A stretch of 64,000 nucleotides of DNA. Source: Nitrospirae bacterium JdFR-81. GTDB lineage: Bacteria; Nitrospirota; Thermodesulfovibrionia; UBA6902. The stretch covers positions 2,259 through 66,258 of the forward strand of contig MTOQ01000012.1 of the NCBI GenBank assembly GCA_002011735.1, given 5' to 3'. Below the pieces are notes generated by a model. That model was given only the letters and a program-made list of their open reading frames with translations. It did no database searches and was not told the origin of the DNA. Position numbers and translations under genes: made by a program. Below, in pieces: positions 42,394 through 52,100 of this stretch; position 1 is the first letter of the stretch; every line of letters begins with the position of its first letter.

Positions 42394-45041
42394 CCAGCCC
42401 CTGCACACAGGGCACTGTTATAACAGAACCTGCACTCCCCTGCCCTTTCGGGCTCAGGCGGAAAGTCACCATGCCTCATCATATTCACAAGCCCCCTCAG
42501 CCTCTCAAGCGCCTCATGGACGAACTCCTCCATCGAGACCCTCTTCGGGAAGAAATCAATCTTTATATCCCTGAGGGAATAAAAGCCCGTCTTCTCAACC
42601 ACATCACCATGGACCTTCTGCCACATATATGCATAAAGGGGAAGCTGAAGGCTCCTGTTGTCAGTCGTCCCGGTCTTGTAATCGATAAGCATAACAGAGC
42701 CCACCCTTCTATCCACCCTGTCGATCTTGCCTTTTAGCCTTACACCATCCACCTCTGCGGTTATACGCTCTTCGATCTTATAGGGGACAAAGCCCTCCCT
42801 TCTCAATGCAGCCTCCTCCATCTTTATAAGGGGCAGCCTCCTCCTGAATATCTCTGTCGCAACCTTTGCCCAGAAACCACCCACAGGAAGTCCCTTGATC
42901 GCCTCCTCAATGGCCTTCATGATCCTCGGCTCGAGCTCGTCAAGATCGAAGTCCCTGGCCCTGTACAGGTTCTCCATAACCCTGTGGGCAAGGCTACCCC
43001 AGATCCTCCCCTCCACCTCATACCTTGGTGACTCCAGCATCTGGAGCCCGAGGACCTTCTCGATATAGAAACGCATGGGGCATCTCCTGAACGAGTCTAT
43101 ATCGGTCACACTTATGGCCCCTCCTGTCAACCTATCTATCCGCCTTCTCAATAAAGCACTCTCTGGGATATCATCCGTCCATATAATTGCTGAGTCCCCG
43201 TCAATCCCCATGAGGTGGCCCTCTGCAACAAGGACATCCTCCGTGCTGAATATATCGATGGCCCCAGGCTCTGTGATCGCCTCCCAGTCGAGGAGGGGAG
43301 AGGGGAGATGAGGCTTATCCTCCTCCCCTGATGGATAGGAGAGGTAAAGCCTCCCTGGAGAGGAATCAAGCAGCCTCTTAAAATACCTCTTCTGCCTATC
43401 GATATAATACTCAAGGTCAGGCATCCCGAGTGCCCTTTTTACCGAGTCAGGCAGATAGGGATCAACGGCAGGCCTTGACGGAAAGTCCTCCTCGGTCAGC
43501 CCGCCGAAGAAGATGGCATCTGCCTCAACAGAGCCTGCCAGCTCATACGGCAATGCCCTCACCCCTGTGAACCCCTCAGGATAATACTCCATCCCCCTTA
43601 AAAACTCCCTCAGATAAAACCATGGCTCGTGTTTAGAGACCTCGTAAAGCATCGCAAACCGCCTCAGGAGGGTGAACCGCTCGGTAATGGCAGGGCCCAT
43701 GTCCACATCAAGGCCCTTCAGTACATCAAAGAAGCCGAGCCTCTCGAGCGTGGATTCAAAAAGCTCTATAAATGGGAGTAACCCCCTGCAACCCCTCAGC
43801 ATCTCGAGTGACTCCATCATAGAGGCCATCTCCCTGTCGAACCTCTTGAGCCTCTCTCTGTCCTCATCGTCCATCTCATCATCTGATGTGCTGATCAGGC
43901 CCCTGCCTATGTTTAACCACGAGTCCCTGCCTTTTATAACCTTGGCCTTATATGAATAAGGGACTGCCATCCTCTTCAGGATGTCGGGTATACGGGGGAA
44001 ATAGGGTGAGGAGAGGAAGGAGAGGAAGTCGGTCCTTGGATAATCCCCCTCAATGGACGATAGTATATCCTCAAGGGCGACCAGCGGGGATGCATGGGTG
44101 ATGTCATACCTGCCTGCATCAAGGGGTATCTCGAACCTCCTGAAGACCCTCTTCAACATTGGCAGGTATTTTGAGAGCTGTGGAAAGGTGATGACTATCC
44201 TCCATGGCCTTATTCCCTGGTGTATGAGCCCCTTCACCCTCCGTGCCATTCCCTCTACTTCGTCCTCCATTGTCCTGTATCTATGACACGGGGGCCGATC
44301 CCTCTCTGTCCTGTAAGGAGACTCTTTCACACTGAACCCTGTCTGTGTGGAGAGGAGAAAGTCGAGCAGACCCGTGTCCCTCTCAGCAAATATATAGAGC
44401 CTTTTTGACCTCTCTATAATGAGACTCAGTGCAGAGAGCTCAAGCGGGGTTGGATCATAAAACCCTCTTATAACAACCGCATCATATGATGGAAGGTCCT
44501 GTAGGTCCTGGAACGCCTCCAGTGGTGTCTCCACATCAACAAGACCCCTCCGCTTGATCTCCTCCTCATACTGTTCAAGCACCTTGATCGCATTATCAAG
44601 TGCCCTGAACGCCTTCTCCTCAAATATCAATCCTCCTGCCCTCTCCCTGAACTCTGAGAGCGTGGTATGAGGCAGGTAGTGTCTTATCCTCCTCAATAGA
44701 TCAGATAGCTGTGCTGCATAACCCGTGCCCTTCTGCCCTGTGATCTCCGAGAGGATGAGTATCCTCATGTCCTCTGATATCAACCTTCCCCTGAGGGAGG
44801 TCCTCATGAGACCTGAGGCAAGGCCTTTCAGGGTGAGGGACCTGAACGGTATAAACGCGCCCCCCCTGCCGGTATCCTTAAGAAACCAGAAGAACTCCCT
44901 ACCTGCCTCCTTGAGGATGAAAGGGTCCGGAGACAGATACAGGACAGATGAATAATCATTTGGAGGGCAGAGGTCTACTATCCTTTCAAAGGCAGGTTTG
45001 TTATCTCCACCATATGCTATATAGAGGACCTTCTCATCCAC
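42390..45041 (-). CDS. addB: AddB-like nuclease subunit with Fe-S staple
   Basis: RCP..GKIDRVD..IDYKTG..CRFCYNSALC. Adjacent to addA. Confidence 0.85.
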   Translation of the reverse strand: MDEKVLYIAYGGDNKPAFERIVDLCPPNDYSSVLYLSPDPFILKEAGREFFWFLKDTGRGGAFIPFRSLTLKGLASGLMRTSLRGRLISEDMRILILSEITGQKGTGYAAQLSDLLRRIRHYLPHTTLSEFRERAGGLIFEEKAFRALDNAIKVLEQYEEEIKRRGLVDVETPLEAFQDLQDLPSYDAVVIRGFYDPTPLELSALSLIIERSKRLYIFAERDTGLLDFLLSTQTGFSVKESPYRTERDRPPCHRYRTMEDEVEGMARRVKGLIHQGIRPWRIVITFPQLSKYLPMLKRVFRRFEIPLDAGRYDITHASPLVALEDILSSIEGDYPRTDFLSFLSSPYFPRIPDILKRMAVPYSYKAKVIKGRDSWLNIGRGLISTSDDEMDDEDRERLKRFDREMASMMESLEMLRGCRGLLPFIELFESTLERLGFFDVLKGLDVDMGPAITERFTLLRRFAMLYEVSKHEPWFYLREFLRGMEYYPEGFTGVRALPYELAGSVEADAIFFGGLTEEDFPSRPAVDPYLPDSVKRALGMPDLEYYIDRQKRYFKRLLDSSPGRLYLSYPSGEEDKPHLPSPLLDWEAITEPGAIDIFSTEDVLVAEGHLMGIDGDSAIIWTDDIPESALLRRRIDRLTGGAISVTDIDSFRRCPMRFYIEKVLGLQMLESPRYEVEGRIWGSLAHRVMENLYRARDFDLDELEPRIMKAIEEAIKGLPVGGFWAKVATEIFRRRLPLIKMEEAALRREGFVPYKIEERITAEVDGVRLKGKIDRVDRRVGSVMLIDYKTGTTDNRSLQLPLYAYMWQKVHGDVVEKTGFYSLRDIKIDFFPKRVSMEEFVHEALERLRGLVNMMRHGDFPPEPERAGECRFCYNSALCAGAG

Positions 45042-45054
45042 CTAACGCAGACCC

Positions 45055-46035
45055 TTACACATGATACTCCACTATATCACCATCGTGAAGCACATAATCC
45101 TTGTTGACCCTCTGGCCATCAAACCGGGCAGAACCCCAGATACAGGCATACTTGAAGTTCTTGACAAAGTCCTTGTGGATGAGCCCTGCAAGGTCAAGGA
45201 CGTCTGAACCCTCTGGGATGGTAAACGGTGTCTCAAGGTCTGGCCTCTTCCCGGGTTCTTTTGAATACACCCTTATAATGCCCGAGTTCTTGAATATACC
45301 AACCTTCAGCTCTTCAAGCCCCCTCTTATCCCGTGCTGATACATGGTAGACTGGATAACGATCGCCGTATTTATCCTTAAGACCCTTAACCCCCTCATCC
45401 ACCTGGAGATCACACTTATTCACAGCCACTATAACCGCCTTTTTTCTGTGCCTCTTATCTCCTCCCCTCTCCTTATTCCCCTCCCTTATGGGTATCCTCC
45501 AGTCCCTTATCTGTTCAAGGAGGAGCTCGGCCTGGATGTCAGGGTCATCGGTGGCATCAACAACGAGCATTATCAGATCTGCCATCCTGACTATGGAGGA
45601 GACCCAGCCATCGGTGGAGTCATTGCCGATTGGAGGGAGGTCAACAAGCTGAAACTGTATATCCTCATAAGGCATCATCCCTGAAACGGGCATAACTGTA
45701 GACATGGGATAATCCGCTATAACAGGCTTTGCATTGGTCAGGGCAGCAAGTATAGAGGACTTGCCCGAGTTCGGGAAACCAACAAGCACCACCTGTGCGG
45801 CACCATGCCTCTCAACAGTATACAGGTCTCCCCTGCCTGTCTTCTTCCTCTTTGCCGCCTCCTCCCTCAGCCTGGACAGCCTCCTCCTGAGGTCAGCCCT
45901 CAGCTTGTCGGTGCCCTTGTGCTTTGGCACCGTGGAGATCAGCTCCTCCAGCGCCATAATCTTCTCCTGAGGGGTGGAGGCCTGTTTGAACCTCTTCTCA
46001 GCCTCAAAGTATTCAGGTGGCAGGTTCGCAGGCAT
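45055..46035 (-). CDS. DRG/Rbg-like OBG-family GTPase with TGS domain
   Basis: MPANLPPEY N-terminus, GFPNSGKSS, DLPP, NKCD, C-terminal TGS (IHKDF..WGS..LHDGDIVE). Confidence 0.88.
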   Translation of the reverse strand: MPANLPPEYFEAEKRFKQASTPQEKIMALEELISTVPKHKGTDKLRADLRRRLSRLREEAAKRKKTGRGDLYTVERHGAAQVVLVGFPNSGKSSILAALTNAKPVIADYPMSTVMPVSGMMPYEDIQFQLVDLPPIGNDSTDGWVSSIVRMADLIMLVVDATDDPDIQAELLLEQIRDWRIPIREGNKERGGDKRHRKKAVIVAVNKCDLQVDEGVKGLKDKYGDRYPVYHVSARDKRGLEELKVGIFKNSGIIRVYSKEPGKRPDLETPFTIPEGSDVLDLAGLIHKDFVKNFKYACIWGSARFDGQRVNKDYVLHDGDIVEYHV

Positions 46036-46133
46036 AATTAAATATATCATAGAAGAGCCGAGTTTATGGAGTCATCAAGGAGGAGCCAGCCCCCTCTATC
46101 TATTCAGTGTAAATATGTAATAATAAGAATAAT

Positions 46134-46589
46134 ATGTCTGGACAGATGGACACAGATAGGGCAATGGGGCTGTTCCGTGAGGGGCTCAGTGCACTCTCAA
46201 ACAACGAGCCCTTAAAGGCCCTGTCCCTCTTTGAAAGGGCGTATAATATCAAAGACATCCCTATCATAAAATCCTATCTTGCCTTCAGCATAGCAAGGGA
46301 GAGGGGACAGGTATCACTGGCCATATCCCTGTGTGAGGAGGCCATCAGGGAGGAGGGAGGGAATCCCGTGCACTACCTGAACCTGGGCAGGGTCTATCTC
46401 GTAAGGGGAGACAGGGAGAGGGCCGTGCAGGCCTTCAGGGCAGGGCTCAAGAGGCAGAGGCATCCCGAGATCATCGCAGAGCTTGAGAGGATGGGGATAA
46501 GGAGACTGCTCGTCATCCCCTTCCTGAAGAGACAGAACCCCCTTAATAAATATCTGGGCCTCATCCTGACCCGACTGAAGAATATATAA
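46134..46589 (+). CDS. Small TPR protein
   Basis: TPR-like helices (NPVHYLNLGRVYL) and C-terminal FLKRQNPLNKYLG. Confidence 0.75.
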   Translation: MSGQMDTDRAMGLFREGLSALSNNEPLKALSLFERAYNIKDIPIIKSYLAFSIARERGQVSLAISLCEEAIREEGGNPVHYLNLGRVYLVRGDRERAVQAFRAGLKRQRHPEIIAELERMGIRRLLVIPFLKRQNPLNKYLGLILTRLKNI

Positions 46590-46620
46590 ACCGCACCAAA
46601 GAACACAACACTGTATTTCG

Positions 46621-46629
46621 TGGTAACAT
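46621..46629 (+). promoter_or_regulatory. Extended -10 element immediately before uvrB (leaderless-type)
   Basis: TG-G-TAACAT, then 6 nt, then ATG. No Shine-Dalgarno. Confidence 0.5.
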
Positions 46630-46635
46630 ATAGAT

Positions 46636-48630
46636 ATGAGTGATGACGGCTTCAGGCTTGTTGCGGATTTTAAGCCAACAGGTGATCAGCCAAAGGCCAT
46701 AGAGGCCCTCACAGAAGGCATATTAAAAGGCCACAGGCACCAGGTCCTGCTTGGTGTGACCGGCTCTGGCAAGACATTCACCATAGCCAATGTCATAGCC
46801 AATGTCAATAAACCAACACTCGTTATCGCCCATAACAAGACCCTTGCAGCCCAGCTATACGGTGAGTTCAGGACATTCTTTCCTGAGAATGCCGTGGAGT
46901 ATTTTGTGAGCTATTATGATTATTATCAGCCCGAGGCATACATCCCCACAACCGATACATATATAGAGAAGGACGCCCTTATCAATGATGACATAGACAG
47001 GCTGAGGCATTCTGCCACCAGGGCCGTGCTCGAAAGAAGGGACGTGATCGTGGTTGCCTCTGTATCATGCATATATGGTATCGGCTCTCCAGAGGATTAT
47101 CTTGCCATGCACTTCTTTATAGAGGACGGGATGCATACCGAGAGGGATGCCTTTCTGAGGAGGCTCGTGGAGATGCTTTATGAGAGGACCGAGGACTTCA
47201 GGAGGGGCACATTCAGGGTGAGAGGCGATGTGGTCGAGATATTCCCGTCCTTTTCAGGCGACAACGCCATAAGGGTGGAGTTCTTTGGAGATGATGTGGA
47301 TGGCATATACGAGTTTGATCCATTGACAGGCGATGTCATAAGGAGGCTCGAGAGAATAGCCCTGTATCCAAACAGCCACTGGATAACACCGAGACCAAGG
47401 CTTGAGAGGGCAATAGAGGCAATAGAGGAGGAGCTTGAGGAGAGGATCGAATACTTCCTGAGACAGGGCAAGGAGCTTGAGGCAAAGAGGCTTGAACAGA
47501 GGACGAGGTTCGACATGGAAATGCTCAGGGAGTTCGGTTACTGCCATGGTATAGAGAACTACTCAAGGCACCTGAGTGGCAGGGTACCTGGAGAACCGCC
47601 ATCGTGCCTGATCGACTACTTCCCAGAGGATTACCTTCTCATCATCGATGAGTCCCATGCCACCATCCCACAGCTTGGGGGCATGTATGAGGGAGATCGT
47701 TCAAGGAAGCAGACACTCGTTGATTACGGCTTCAGACTGCCATCTGCACTTGACAACCGCCCCCTGAAGTTTGATGAGTTTGAACACAGGGTGAATCAGG
47801 CGATCTATGTGTCTGCCACACCTGCTGAATATGAGATAAGGAAGTCAGGAAACAGGGTGATCGAGCAGATCGTGAGGCCAACAGGGCTGATGGACCCAGA
47901 GATAGAGGTGAGGCCTGTCTCAGGCCAGCTTGATGACCTGCTTGGCGAGATAAAACAGAGGGCCAAGAGGGGTGAGAGGGTGCTTGTGACAAGCCTCACG
48001 AAGAGGATGGCAGAGGATATAACAGAATACTACTCAGAGCTTGGCATAAAGGCGAGGTATCTCCATTCTGATATAGACACACTTGAAAGGGTCGAGATAC
48101 TCAGGGATCTGAGGTTAGGGCGGTTTGATGTCCTCATCGGTGTGAACCTGTTGAGAGAGGGGCTCGATCTTCCAGAGGTCTCGCTCGTTGCCATACTCGA
48201 TGCTGACAAGGAGGGCTTCCTCCGCTCAGGCAGGTCGCTGATACAGACGGCAGGCAGGGCGGCAAGGAATGTGCATGGCAAGGTCATCATGTATGCCGAT
48301 ACCATCACAGGCTCCATGAAGGCGGCGATCGACGAGACGAACAGGAGGAGGAGGATACAGGAAGAATACAACAGGAGGCACGGGATCACACCAAGGAGCA
48401 TTGTAAAAGAGATAACGAATATACTGAGCTCCATCTATGAGGCTGACTACTGGACCGTCCCTGCCGTCTCAGAGGAGGCCATCGAGTATGAGGATGAGAC
48501 CCTGATAAAGAGGCTTGAGGAGGAGATGAAGGAGGCGGCACAGAGGCTTGAGTTTGAAAGGGCAGCAAGACTGAGGGATCGGATCAGGGAGATAAAGAAG
48601 AGGCAGCTGGAGGTTGGTGTCAGGGTTTAG
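46636..48630 (+). CDS. uvrB: Excinuclease ABC subunit B
   Basis: [36 protein letters not shown]-terminal UVR domain. Confidence 0.98.
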   Translation: MSDDGFRLVADFKPTGDQPKAIEALTEGILKGHRHQVLLGVTGSGKTFTIANVIANVNKPTLVIAHNKTLAAQLYGEFRTFFPENAVEYFVSYYDYYQPEAYIPTTDTYIEKDALINDDIDRLRHSATRAVLERRDVIVVASVSCIYGIGSPEDYLAMHFFIEDGMHTERDAFLRRLVEMLYERTEDFRRGTFRVRGDVVEIFPSFSGDNAIRVEFFGDDVDGIYEFDPLTGDVIRRLERIALYPNSHWITPRPRLERAIEAIEEELEERIEYFLRQGKELEAKRLEQRTRFDMEMLREFGYCHGIENYSRHLSGRVPGEPPSCLIDYFPEDYLLIIDESHATIPQLGGMYEGDRSRKQTLVDYGFRLPSALDNRPLKFDEFEHRVNQAIYVSATPAEYEIRKSGNRVIEQIVRPTGLMDPEIEVRPVSGQLDDLLGEIKQRAKRGERVLVTSLTKRMAEDITEYYSELGIKARYLHSDIDTLERVEILRDLRLGRFDVLIGVNLLREGLDLPEVSLVAILDADKEGFLRSGRSLIQTAGRAARNVHGKVIMYADTITGSMKAAIDETNRRRRIQEEYNRRHGITPRSIVKEITNILSSIYEADYWTVPAVSEEAIEYEDETLIKRLEEEMKEAAQRLEFERAARLRDRIREIKKRQLEVGVRV

Positions 48631-48639
48631 ACACGGGGC

Positions 48640-49578
48640 TCACCCCCAGTCATACCTCCTCCTCTTCCTGTGGTGTATATACTTCTCTGCTGAGAGCGCG
48701 GCAATACACCCATATGCTGCGGCAACCACAACCTGCCTCACCTCAACACATGTAACATCCCCTGCTGTAAAGACACCCGGGATGGACGTCTCCATCATCT
48801 TATCGGCGATGATGCATTCATCATCACTCAGATCAAGGGCGAAATTCAGGAAGTCAACGATGGGCCTGCTACCATGTAGATACACGAAGACACCATCAAC
48901 CTCCATATCCCTTGTCTCCCCACTCTCCCTCTCCTGGATCGTGATACCCTTTACCACATCCTCCCCTTTTATCTCTGTCACCCTGTGGCCCTTTATAACC
49001 TCTATCTTCCCTGAAGAGAGTGCAGGATGGTCTGACCTTATCTCCTTTGAGGGTGCAATCAGATAAACCTTGCCTGCAAAACGCGTGAGCACACCTGCCT
49101 CCTTTATCGCCTCTTCGGAGTCTCCGATCACGGCAACGGTCATTCCCTTGTAGAATGCAGCATCACATATCGCGCAGTAACTCACACCCCTGCCGAGGAA
49201 CTCCTTCTCACCCTTTATGGTCGGCTTCCTGCCCATGGCGCCTGTTGCTATTATGACGGTCTTGCCCTTATAGGAGTTCTGGATGGTGTGGACCTCCTTT
49301 ACCTCACCTTCCAGCTGGACACCCACCACCTGCTCCTCCCGATACTCCGCACCAAAGTCTATCGCCTGTTTACGGAATATATCCAGCAGCTCCTTCCCTG
49401 TCATCGGCCTGGTAAGCCCTGGATAGTTCTCTATCCTTTTTGTGAATGCAAGGGCACCTGCTGTTGGAGATTTATCAAGGACAATGGTCTTCAGGTTGGC
49501 CCTTGATGCGTACTGTGCTGCTGTAAGGCCTGCCGGTCCCCCACCGATGATGATGACATCGTAAAGTTCCTCTGCCAT
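48640..49578 (-). CDS. Thioredoxin reductase-like flavoprotein lacking NADPH-binding motifs
   Basis: GGGPAG, GVSYCAICD, TAGD. GDSEEA replaces GGG(D/N)SA, and there is no HRR motif. Confidence 0.85.
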   Translation of the reverse strand: MAEELYDVIIIGGGPAGLTAAQYASRANLKTIVLDKSPTAGALAFTKRIENYPGLTRPMTGKELLDIFRKQAIDFGAEYREEQVVGVQLEGEVKEVHTIQNSYKGKTVIIATGAMGRKPTIKGEKEFLGRGVSYCAICDAAFYKGMTVAVIGDSEEAIKEAGVLTRFAGKVYLIAPSKEIRSDHPALSSGKIEVIKGHRVTEIKGEDVVKGITIQERESGETRDMEVDGVFVYLHGSRPIVDFLNFALDLSDDECIIADKMMETSIPGVFTAGDVTCVEVRQVVVAAAYGCIAALSAEKYIHHRKRRRYDWG

Positions 49579-49606
49579 AACCCCTCCTTGCGCAATATAT
49601 AGTTAA

Positions 49607-51103
49607 TCAGCCACCCTGTAACTCTGCCTTTCTCAGCTCCGTCTTTTTGATCTTCCCTGTTGCCGTCCTTGGAAAGTCCTTGACAAACCTTATCCTCCTT
49701 GGCATCTTGAACGGAGCGAGATGCCCCTTGAGATACCCCCGTATCTCTCCCTCACTGAGCTGACACCCCTCTTTCAACCTCACAAAGAGGACAGAGACCT
49801 CAGAACCCCTGCCATCAGGCACACCAACCATTGCACACTCCTCAACCCCCCTGAGCCTCAACACCTGATCCTCCACCTCCCTTGGATACACATTCATACC
49901 ATCAACGATGATAAGGTCCTTCTTCCTGTCCACTATATAGATATAGCCATCCTCATCGATCCTTGCCATATCGCCTGTATACAGCCATCCATCCCTTATC
50001 GTCTCTCTCGTCGCCTCTTCTTTATTGAAATACCCCTTCATCACATTCGGCCCTTTTACTATCAGCTCACCAACCACCCCTGGCGGCACCCTCTCCCCGT
50101 CCTCTCCAACAACAGCCACCTCAACACCAGGGATTGGAGGGCCAACAGATGAGGGTTTCCTCAGGCCATCCAGTGGGTTGACAGATACCACAGGTGATGC
50201 CTCGGTGAGGCCATAGCCCTCAAGCAGTGGGACACCAAACCTCTTCTCAAAGTTGTATATCGTCTCCACAGGGAGTGCCGCAGCACCTGATATACACGCC
50301 TTGATACTCATCAGATATCTCAATACATACCTTAACGGGAACGGTATCCTCTTCTTTGCCAGTATATTGTAGACCGTAGGGACACCTATAAAGAATGTTA
50401 TCCTCTCCCTGAATATACTGTTTATGACCCTTGAGAACGGCCTTACAGAAGGGAGCATAACGATGGTGGCCCCTGAATATACGGGAAGTATAACACAGAC
50501 CGTGAAGGTGAAGGAATGGAACAATGGCAGGAACAGAAGCACCCTGTCCCTGTGGGTGATATGCATCGCCTTCATACAGGCATCTGCGTTTGATATAAGG
50601 TTTCTGTGTGTGAGCATGGCACCCTTTGGAAAGCCCGTGGTGCCTGAGGTGTAAAGCAGGACCGCCACGTCCTCATCACCGCCTCCACCATCCGCTGTGC
50701 CCACCTTCTGGGGCATCTCATCAAAGAGGCACACCTTCACACCGGCATTCCTCTCACTCACCCTCCTCACCTTGTCAGAGAGTCCTCCACTGTATATCAG
50801 GAGCCTTGCCCCCGAGTCGCCCAGTATATAGGATATCTCTTCAGGTGTAAGCATGGTGTTTATGGGCACAGCAATACCACCGGCCCTGAGGATCGCAAAA
50901 TAGGAGACGATGTATCCTGGGGAGTTCTCCATCAGTATGGCAACCCTCTCCCCCCTCCCCACCCCCTCGTGGATCAATCCACCTGCCATAAGGCCCACCT
51001 GATCATTGATCTCTGCATAGGTGTATCTCTGCTTCTCGAACTTTATGCAGACCTTATCAGGGAGGTCTCTTGATCTCTGGGACAGTATCTCATCAAGCCT
51101 CAT
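49607..51103 (-). CDS. Long-chain fatty acid--CoA ligase (ANL superfamily)
   Basis: YTSGTTGFPKG, EGYGLTE, TGDMA, DRKKD, TGKI. Confidence 0.88.
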   Translation of the reverse strand: MRLDEILSQRSRDLPDKVCIKFEKQRYTYAEINDQVGLMAGGLIHEGVGRGERVAILMENSPGYIVSYFAILRAGGIAVPINTMLTPEEISYILGDSGARLLIYSGGLSDKVRRVSERNAGVKVCLFDEMPQKVGTADGGGGDEDVAVLLYTSGTTGFPKGAMLTHRNLISNADACMKAMHITHRDRVLLFLPLFHSFTFTVCVILPVYSGATIVMLPSVRPFSRVINSIFRERITFFIGVPTVYNILAKKRIPFPLRYVLRYLMSIKACISGAAALPVETIYNFEKRFGVPLLEGYGLTEASPVVSVNPLDGLRKPSSVGPPIPGVEVAVVGEDGERVPPGVVGELIVKGPNVMKGYFNKEEATRETIRDGWLYTGDMARIDEDGYIYIVDRKKDLIIVDGMNVYPREVEDQVLRLRGVEECAMVGVPDGRGSEVSVLFVRLKEGCQLSEGEIRGYLKGHLAPFKMPRRIRFVKDFPRTATGKIKKTELRKAELQGG

Positions 51104-51165
51104 AAGGGGTCACTCTCCCCAAAAAGATAAAAATATTTGTATACTAATAAAAAGGGTTCAAGCTT

Positions 51166-51196
51166 CGGATTCCTTCTTGAATCCGCATGATACAAT
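51166..51196 (+). promoter_or_regulatory. Inverted repeat and extended -10 between the divergent acyl-CoA ligase and ispA genes
   Basis: CGGATTC-N6-GAATCCG followed by TG-A-TACAAT. Confidence 0.35.
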
Positions 51197-51212
51197 CGTT
51201 ATTTAGTATACC

Positions 51213-52100
51213 ATGAACATAGCCCTTTATCTTCAGAGGAAGAAACGGATCATCGATACCTTCCTCAGAGACTACCTGAACTCAAGGAAGAAGCAGGGTG
51301 GATGTCCTGAGAGGCTGCGCAGGGCGATGGGCTACTCCCTCATGGCAGGTGGAAAGAGGATAAGGCCGATACTCACCATGGCAACCTATGAGGCCCTGAA
51401 CGGAGGGTCAAGGAGCGTGATACCGGTTGCAGCATCCCTTGAACTCATCCATACCTATTCCCTGATACACGATGACCTCCCTGCAATGGATAATGATGAC
51501 TTCAGGAGGAACATGCCGACAAACCACCGTGTCTTTGGCGAGGCAACAGCGATACTTGCAGGTGACGCACTCCTGACAGAGGCATTCAATATAATCCTCA
51601 GGACGCGCATAAGACCTGACATAAAGGTCTCCATCCTGAATGAACTTACCGAGGCGTGCGGCCCTGCCGGCATGGTGGGAGGTCAGCTCATGGACATCAT
51701 GCTCGAGGGCAAGAGGGCGAGGAGGAGTGAACTTGTATATATCCACACACACAAGACAGGTGCGTTCATAAGGGCCGCGGTAAGGATCGGCGGGATAATG
51801 GCAGGGGCCTCATCGTCCCAGATGCGATCCCTCACAGAGTATGGTGAGAAGGTGGGTCATGCGTTCCAGATCGTTGACGACATACTCGATGTCACAGGCT
51901 CCACCGAGGAGATGGGGAAGACCACAGGCTCTGATGCTGCCAGGGGGAAGAACACATACCCCCTGATATTCGGTCTGGAGAGGTCAAGGAGGATCGCAAA
52001 GGACCTCATCGATGAATCGATAAGGGCTATAGACAGGATCAATGGCAGGATAGAACCATTGAAGGAGATAGCAAGGTATATCCTGAACAGGAAGAGTTAG
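51213..52100 (+). CDS. ispA: Farnesyl/geranylgeranyl diphosphate synthase
   Basis: GGKRIRP, SLIHDDLPAMDNDD, FQIVDDILD. Confidence 0.93.
   Translation: MNIALYLQRKKRIIDTFLRDYLNSRKKQGGCPERLRRAMGYSLMAGGKRIRPILTMATYEALNGGSRSVIPVAASLELIHTYSLIHDDLPAMDNDDFRRNMPTNHRVFGEATAILAGDALLTEAFNIILRTRIRPDIKVSILNELTEACGPAGMVGGQLMDIMLEGKRARRSELVYIHTHKTGAFIRAAVRIGGIMAGASSSQMRSLTEYGEKVGHAFQIVDDILDVTGSTEEMGKTTGSDAARGKNTYPLIFGLERSRRIAKDLIDESIRAIDRINGRIEPLKEIARYILNRKS

Noticed and set aside
39307..45041. Helicase-nuclease pair as an anti-phage system
   Set aside because: Architecture and housekeeping context match the ordinary AddAB recombination complex.
46590..46635. LexA box upstream of uvrB
   Set aside because: No CTGT-N8-ACAG or GAAC-N4-GTTC match.
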